Shown: positions 1 to 4,082 of the stretch, piece by piece
Numbering within the stretch: position 1 is the first letter of the stretch
Layout: every line of letters starts with the position of its first letter
Assembly: GCA_046533775.1 (NCBI GenBank)
Contig: JAWDOO010000017.1
Span: forward strand, 1 to 5,972
DNA from: Candidatus Nanopusillus sp.
GTDB taxonomy: Archaea; Nanobdellota; Nanobdellia; Nanobdellales; Nanobdellaceae
Reading direction: 5' to 3'
DNA: 5,972 bases
Program-made: the position numbers and the translations under genes
The notes under the pieces: generated by a model
What the model was told of the DNA's origin: nothing
What the model saw: the letters and a program-made list of their open reading frames with translations, nothing else
The model's database searches: none

Positions 1-109
1 TTATTCCATTTAAATTATTATATGCAGTAGAAACAAATATATAAGCAGCAATACCGGCAACTATAAATAATATAATTTCTACAAGAATTGTTCCAAATTG
101 AGTTTTCAT
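1..109 (-). CDS. 5' part of a small hydrophobic protein with one N-terminal TM helix and only weak pilin-like character; it continues past the left edge
   Basis: ATG at 109..107 (minus) is followed by 36 stop-free codons to the window edge: MKTQFGTILVEIILFIVAGIAAYIFVSTAYNNLNGI. A short polar N-terminus is followed by about 20 hydrophobic residues with one embedded Glu. It is absent from the ORF track because it is cut by the edge. A TATA-like ATTTATAT on the minus strand (plus coordinates 133..140) is centred about 27 nt upstream. Confidence 0.4.
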   Translation of the reverse strand, partial: MKTQFGTILVEIILFIVAGIAAYIFVSTAYNNLNGI

Positions 110-140
110 TAAGAATTATGACCTATTAAAAAATATAAAT
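110..140 (-). promoter_or_regulatory. Short spacer holding a possible oligo-T terminator for gatE and a TATA-like element for the downstream small gene
   Basis: The minus-strand reading after the gatE stop is atttatattttttaataggtcataattctta followed by ATG. It contains a T6 run (plus 128..133) and ATTTATAT (plus 133..140). AT-rich background makes such strings common. Confidence 0.3.
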
Positions 141-956
141 CTATTCTATTAATTCATATCCTTCAATACCTTTTTCATTCATAATCTTTTTCCATTCTAA
201 CATTTTTTCTTGTCTTTTCACTTCTAGTTCACAAACTTTATCTATTATTTTTAAATTCTGTACACCCTTTATTTCAATTTTTTCTCCTCCTTCTATTGAT
301 ATATTTACATCTTGTCTGATAGTTCCTAATCCCCTTTTTACTTTCCCAGTCAATCTTAATATTAATCCAATGTATTCAGCTACTTCTTTTACTTCTTTTG
401 GATCTCTTAAATCAGGACCAGTAGATATTTCTATTAATGGTATTCCCAATCTATCCAATCTATAAATTATATAATCTTCTCCCTCTTCAATCTTTCTTGC
501 AGCATCTTCTTCAATACAAATTGTTCCAATACCTATTTTTTTATCCTTATATTTTAATTCTCCATTTAATGATAATAATAATGTTCTTTGAAAACCAGAA
601 GTATTCGAACCATCTACAACAATTTTTCTCATAACTTGTAAAACCTTTGGAATATACATATTAAAAAATGTTGAAATTAGTATTCCAAATTTTAATGCTT
701 CAATATTAATTAAATGTGGTGGTTCTTCATCAAGTTCAACTAAGCAAGAATAATCTTTAGAATATTCATATATATATTTTTTATCCTTCATAGTTTCATA
801 TTCAGCAGCAATATCTTTTTTTCCAATTTCACTTAATGTTGCTCTCAATTTTCTTTCAATTCTATAATTATATTTATCACTTAAATTTGTAGGACAATTA
901 CAAAATAGTTTTTCTTTTGTATCAATTTGTTGATGTATTTCTAATCCAGCAATCAT
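141..956 (-). CDS. gatE: Glu-tRNA(Gln) amidotransferase subunit E (GatE), N-terminal catalytic (cradle) portion only, 271 aa
   Basis: The translation carries GatE hallmarks: MIAGLEIHQQIDTKEKLFCNCPT, CLVELDEEPPH, MRKIVVDGSNTSGFQRT, ICIEEDAARK, LDRLGIPLIEISTGPD, TGKVKRGLGTIRQDVNISIEGG and EIKGVQNL. I chose the start at the Met of MIAGLEIHQQ (956..954). The 19 upstream codons of the track ORF (MHNFILKLQFINFFNIFIF) are AT-rich read-through. The frame ends at TAG (143..141), far short of the 600+ aa typical of GatE. Confidence 0.85.
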   Translation of the reverse strand: MIAGLEIHQQIDTKEKLFCNCPTNLSDKYNYRIERKLRATLSEIGKKDIAAEYETMKDKKYIYEYSKDYSCLVELDEEPPHLINIEALKFGILISTFFNMYIPKVLQVMRKIVVDGSNTSGFQRTLLLSLNGELKYKDKKIGIGTICIEEDAARKIEEGEDYIIYRLDRLGIPLIEISTGPDLRDPKEVKEVAEYIGLILRLTGKVKRGLGTIRQDVNISIEGGEKIEIKGVQNLKIIDKVCELEVKRQEKMLEWKKIMNEKGIEGYELIE

Positions 957-1007
957 AAAAATAAAAATATTAAAAAAATTAATAAATTGTAATTTCAAAA
1001 TAAAATT
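957..1007. promoter_or_regulatory. 51-bp divergent promoter region between gatE and the Memo-like gene, with one central TATA-like element
   Basis: TTAATAAA (979..986, reading TTTATTAA on the minus strand) is centred at 982.5. That is 25.5 nt from the ATG at 1008 and 26.5 nt from the ATG at 956. No Shine-Dalgarno-like purine/GGAGG string lies on either side. Confidence 0.4.
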
Positions 1008-1886
1008 ATGCAATTTATGAAAGCAAAAGGTTTTTATTCATTTGATTCTTCTGATTTACTCTCTCAAATCGAACAATATTTTATGGATAAAAGATATGGA
1101 CCTGGATATATTCCAAAAAATATAAAAAAGGAAAAAAATATAATTTCTGGAATTGTTCCACATGCAAGTTATGAATACCTTTTACCAGCTTCTATAAAAT
1201 TATATAAAGAATTATATGAAAATTTTGATTTTGATACAATAATAATTATTGGTCCAAATCATTATAATATTGGTCAAAAAATAAATTTAATAATTGATGA
1301 TTGGTATACACCTTTTGGTATAATTAGAACAGATGTGGAATTTGCTAGAAAAATATTAAATAATTATGATTCATATGAAAATCCAATATTATCTAGATAT
1401 GAATATTCAATTGAAGTTCAATTACCTATATTAAGATATTTATTTAAAGATAAAGTAAAGATTGTTCCAATAATTGTAAAAGATGTTGAATTAGAAATGA
1501 TAAAAGATTTTATTAAATTATTAAAAGAATTATCTATAGAATTAAATAGGAAAATAGTATTAATATCTACTGGAAATTTATATCATCATGGAGAATTTTA
1601 TGGAAATATTATATATAATAAAGATATATCTATAAATGTAAAAAAAGAATCCGAAAAAATAATAGAATATATATTAAATTTAGATTCTGAAAAATTATAC
1701 AAATTAGAAATAGATAGTAAAATATTTTGCGGAAAATATCCTTTTTTATTCTTTATAGAATATACAAAATTATATAAGGGAAAAATAGAACTAATAAATC
1801 ATATTTTATCTTCTGAAATAAACAAAGATGAAAAGAATGTTGTTGATTATGCATCTTTGTTATCTTATAAATTATTAAAGAAATAA
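1008..1886 (+). CDS. amrB: Memo-like protein / AmmeMemoRadiSam system protein B family
   Basis: The family motifs appear in the expected order: AKGFYSF (AGxFYP-like), GIVPHASYEY (PHAGYxY), IIIGPNHY (GPxH), EYSIEVQLPI (EHSxExxLP), STGNLYHHG (SSDxxHxG), FCGKYPF (CGxxPI) and VVDYAS (VSYA). The start could instead be Met4 (1017). Confidence 0.85.
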   Translation: MQFMKAKGFYSFDSSDLLSQIEQYFMDKRYGPGYIPKNIKKEKNIISGIVPHASYEYLLPASIKLYKELYENFDFDTIIIIGPNHYNIGQKINLIIDDWYTPFGIIRTDVEFARKILNNYDSYENPILSRYEYSIEVQLPILRYLFKDKVKIVPIIVKDVELEMIKDFIKLLKELSIELNRKIVLISTGNLYHHGEFYGNIIYNKDISINVKKESEKIIEYILNLDSEKLYKLEIDSKIFCGKYPFLFFIEYTKLYKGKIELINHILSSEINKDEKNVVDYASLLSYKLLKK

Positions 1887-1893
1887 TAATATT

Positions 1894-2337
1894 ATGGATA
1901 TGGATGACTTTAATGACATATACGACGAAATTAGGAGAGAATTTGCTAGGCAGATGAAATTATGGAGAAAAATATTCAATAGAGCTAAGAAAGGTTTGGG
2001 ATTTAATTTTGAATATGAAGTACCTGCAGCAGATGTAATAGATAAAGGTGATAAATATTTGGTAGAAATAGATCTACCAGGGGTTGACAAAAAAGATATA
2101 AATGTTACCTTAGTAGATCATAATCTAAAAATTGTAGCATCTAAAAAAGTTGAAAAAGAAGAAAAGAATGAGAATTATATATTATCTGAAAGAGCGTTTT
2201 CAGGATATAAAAGGATAATTCCATTACCGGAAGATGCAGATGAGAATTCTATAAAGGCAAAATATGAGAATGGAGTATTAAGGATTGAAATAGGAAAGAA
2301 GCCAGGCTATGAGGGAAAGAAAATTAATTTAGAATAG
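1894..2337 (+). CDS. hsp20: Small heat-shock protein, Hsp20/alpha-crystallin family
   Basis: Alpha-crystallin domain signatures are present: PAADVIDKGDKYLVEIDLPGVDKKDINVTL, LKIVASKK, ERAFSGYKRIIPLPEDAD and IKAKYENGVLRIEI. There is a C-terminal I-x-L (INL) tail motif. TTATAAAT (1865..1872) is centred 25.5 nt upstream of the ATG. Confidence 0.92.
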   Translation: MDMDDFNDIYDEIRREFARQMKLWRKIFNRAKKGLGFNFEYEVPAADVIDKGDKYLVEIDLPGVDKKDINVTLVDHNLKIVASKKVEKEEKNENYILSERAFSGYKRIIPLPEDADENSIKAKYENGVLRIEIGKKPGYEGKKINLE

Positions 2338-2351
2338 TTTTTTAATTTTTT
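2338..2351 (+). terminator. Possible archaeal oligo-T termination signal just after the hsp20 stop
   Basis: The sequence ttttttaatttttt (two T6 runs) starts at the first base after TAG 2335..2337. Archaeal RNA polymerase is known to terminate at oligo-T tracts. The AT-rich background lowers specificity. Confidence 0.4.
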
Positions 2352-2366
2352 ATAATATAAATTTTT

Positions 2367-3320
2367 ATGAAATATAAATTTGTGGAAGAATTATTATCAT
2401 CTGCATTTAAAAGGGCTAAAAATAATGGTAATCAATTTTATGATATAAAAGAAAGAAATATTGTAAAATTACAAACGATATATCAATATATTGATGATAA
2501 ATTAGAAAAAATATATAATGATATAATTTTACCTGAAAACAAATTCTATAAAGAATTATACAAATTATTATTTAAAGATATAAATATAAAAAAATTGAGA
2601 GAGAGAATAAAATATATAAGGAAAATAATAAAGCAAGTTTATTTAAAGTATAAGAATGATATAAAGTTAACAAAAGATAAAAAATTAATAGAAAGATATA
2701 GAAGAGAATTTTATGGAAGAATATCTAGTATATTAAGAAGAAATTGGATAATATTTAAATATTATAATATTTATTTAAATAGAAGAAGAAAAATTCCGAA
2801 TATTAAAAATTTACCTACAGTTGTTATTGCAGGTTTACCAAATGTTGGAAAAAGTACATTATTAAAAAATTTAACAGGATCTAATGTTAAGATTGAACCA
2901 TATCCATTTACAACAAAAGATTTAATGATAGGATATATTAAAACACCATATTTTGATATACAAGTAATTGATACACCAGGAATTTTAGATAGACCTATAG
3001 AGGAAATGAATGAAATTGAGAAAAAATCTATATTAGCATTAAATTATCTTGCAAATTTGATTATATATATTTTTGATTTAACCGAAACATGCGGATATAG
3101 TATTAAAGAACAGATAAATTTATTAAATAACATAAAAAAGATATTTAATAAAGAAATAATATTGTATTTCTCGAAAAAAGATTTATTTACAGAAAAAGAA
3201 GAAAAAATTTTTAATGAATTTATTAAAAATTATAATAATATGAATATTTTTTATGATTATAATAAACTAAAAGAATTTTTAATATCTTATATAAAAAATA
3301 AAAAAGAATGGTATATATAA
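2367..3320 (+). CDS. NOG1-family GTP-binding protein (archaeal Nog1-like, COG1084 type)
   Basis: A helical N-terminal region is followed by a GTPase core. The core motifs are G1 GLPNVGKST, G2 PYPFTTK, G3 VIDTPGILDRP, the Nog1-typical EIEKKSILALNYLANLIIYIFDLTETCGYSIKEQ, and a G4 position reading SKKD. Confidence 0.88.
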   Translation: MKYKFVEELLSSAFKRAKNNGNQFYDIKERNIVKLQTIYQYIDDKLEKIYNDIILPENKFYKELYKLLFKDINIKKLRERIKYIRKIIKQVYLKYKNDIKLTKDKKLIERYRREFYGRISSILRRNWIIFKYYNIYLNRRRKIPNIKNLPTVVIAGLPNVGKSTLLKNLTGSNVKIEPYPFTTKDLMIGYIKTPYFDIQVIDTPGILDRPIEEMNEIEKKSILALNYLANLIIYIFDLTETCGYSIKEQINLLNNIKKIFNKEIILYFSKKDLFTEKEEKIFNEFIKNYNNMNIFYDYNKLKEFLISYIKNKKEWYI

Positions 3321-3327
3321 ATATATT

Positions 3328-3951
3328 ATGAAGCTAATAGTTTCATCTGATATACACAATGATTTCGGAATGATATATAAAATAATAGAATTATATAAAA
3401 AGGAAAGACCAGATTATATAGTAATTTTGGGAGATATATCAGAATTTGGAGAAATAGAAAGAGGATTAATAAAAAAGTTAACAGAACATATAGATCCAAA
3501 CAAAATTTTAATAATACCAGGAAATCATGAAACATATGAAGATATAAAATTATTAGAAAAATTATATAAAATAAGAAATTTAGATAAAAAATATATAGTA
3601 AAGGATAATTTTGTATTGGTTGGATTTGGAGGAGCAGATATATTATTAAATGTAATTGATGAAAAAGAATTTGAAGAATTTCTAAATGAATTAAAGAAAA
3701 AATTTAATGATAAATATATTATTTTATTAACGCATATTCCGCCAAAGGGTTCTATATCTTCTTTAGATATTTCTGGTAGTTATGTATTAAGAAAATTTAT
3801 TCAAAATAATGATAAGGTTATTTTAAATATACATGGGCATATGCATGAAACCGGAGGTTTGGAGGAAATAATAAATAAAGCAAAAGTTCTAAATGTTGCG
3901 AGAGAAGTAAAATTGGTTGAAATATATGATAAAAAGACAAAAATAAAGTAA
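3328..3951 (+). CDS. Calcineurin-like metallophosphoesterase superfamily protein
   Basis: All five metallophosphoesterase motifs occur in order: SSDIHND (DxH), ILGDIS (GDxx), IPGNHE (GNHE), LLTHIPP (H) and IHGHMHE (GHxH). It lies only 7 nt after the preceding gene, so it is probably co-transcribed. Confidence 0.85.
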   Translation: MKLIVSSDIHNDFGMIYKIIELYKKERPDYIVILGDISEFGEIERGLIKKLTEHIDPNKILIIPGNHETYEDIKLLEKLYKIRNLDKKYIVKDNFVLVGFGGADILLNVIDEKEFEEFLNELKKKFNDKYIILLTHIPPKGSISSLDISGSYVLRKFIQNNDKVILNIHGHMHETGGLEEIINKAKVLNVAREVKLVEIYDKKTKIK

Positions 3952-4037
3952 AAATAATAAATTAGTTAGTAAGAAGTAGAAAATAAAGAAGATAATTATA
4001 AATCATCAAATTTAATAATATTCTGTGGATGATAATC

Positions 4038-4072
4038 AATTCTTATAGAAAAGTATATAAGAATTTTCTATA
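4038..4072. repeat. Two interleaved 9-bp inverted repeats overlapping the nrdJ core promoter
   Basis: aattcttat (4038..4046) pairs with ataagaatt (4057..4065). tatagaaaa (4044..4052) pairs with ttttctata (4064..4072). Both pairs are perfect reverse complements and cannot form at the same time. Confidence 0.6.
4047..4061 (+). promoter_or_regulatory. Candidate BRE/TATA promoter of nrdJ
   Basis: A purine-rich agaaaag is followed by TATATAAG (4054..4061), centred 25.5 nt upstream of ATG 4083. This fits an archaeal TATA at about -26 and a leaderless transcript. There is no SD-like sequence before the ATG. Confidence 0.45.
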
Positions 4073-4082
4073 AAAAATTTAA

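Noticed and set aside
141-160. The GatE truncation as a simple frameshift with the continuation in another frame
   Set aside because: Only 32 nt separate the stop from the next ATG on the same strand. The downstream sequence (MKTQFGTILVEII...) has no resemblance to the GatE region that should follow, so no adjacent frameshifted remnant is visible. A sequencing error cannot be excluded without reads.
437-634. 65-aa plus-strand ORF from the track, inside gatE
   Set aside because: It lies fully antisense to a strongly homology-supported GatE frame. Its product is low-complexity and rich in L/F/Y/I/Q, as expected from reading K/E/I/N-rich AT-rich codons backwards. It has no recognisable motif.
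957-1013. 19-codon N-terminal extension of the gatE track ORF (MHNFILKLQFINFFNIFIF), overlapping the start of the Memo-like gene
   Set aside because: GatE homology starts at MIAGLEIHQQ. The extension is F/I/N-rich read-through of the promoter spacer, and it would remove any promoter space between the divergent genes.
1875-2090. 71-aa minus-strand ORF antisense to the hsp20 5' region
   Set aside because: It is embedded opposite a clear alpha-crystallin gene, has no motifs, and its composition is typical of an antisense artefact.
3287-3320. TATA-like strings (ttatataa at 3287..3294, tatatataa at 3312..3320) as a separate promoter for the metallophosphoesterase gene
   Set aside because: Their distances to ATG 3328 are wrong for the -26 geometry seen at the other genes (about 38 nt and about 12 nt). 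With a 7-nt intergenic gap, co-transcription with the GTPase gene is the simpler reading.
3326-3535. 69-aa minus-strand ORF antisense to the metallophosphoesterase gene
   Set aside because: Its hydrophobic L/F/I/Y-rich product is antisense to a gene that carries all five metallophosphoesterase motifs, so I treat it as spurious.
4029-4073. 14-codon upstream mini-ORF (MIINSYRKVYKNFL) overlapping the nrdJ promoter repeats
   Set aside because: It is too short to support. It lies upstream of the predicted leaderless transcription start and would overlap the TATA box. An ATG plus 14 sense codons is expected by chance.
3952-4082. Possible cobalamin riboswitch, NrdR box or small RNA in the 131-bp spacer upstream of nrdJ
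   Set aside because: The spacer is almost pure A/T and lacks the GC-rich paired core a B12 riboswitch needs. It has no ACACnAtATaTnGTGT-like NrdR box. Both elements are essentially bacterial, and no GC-rich island suggests a structured RNA.
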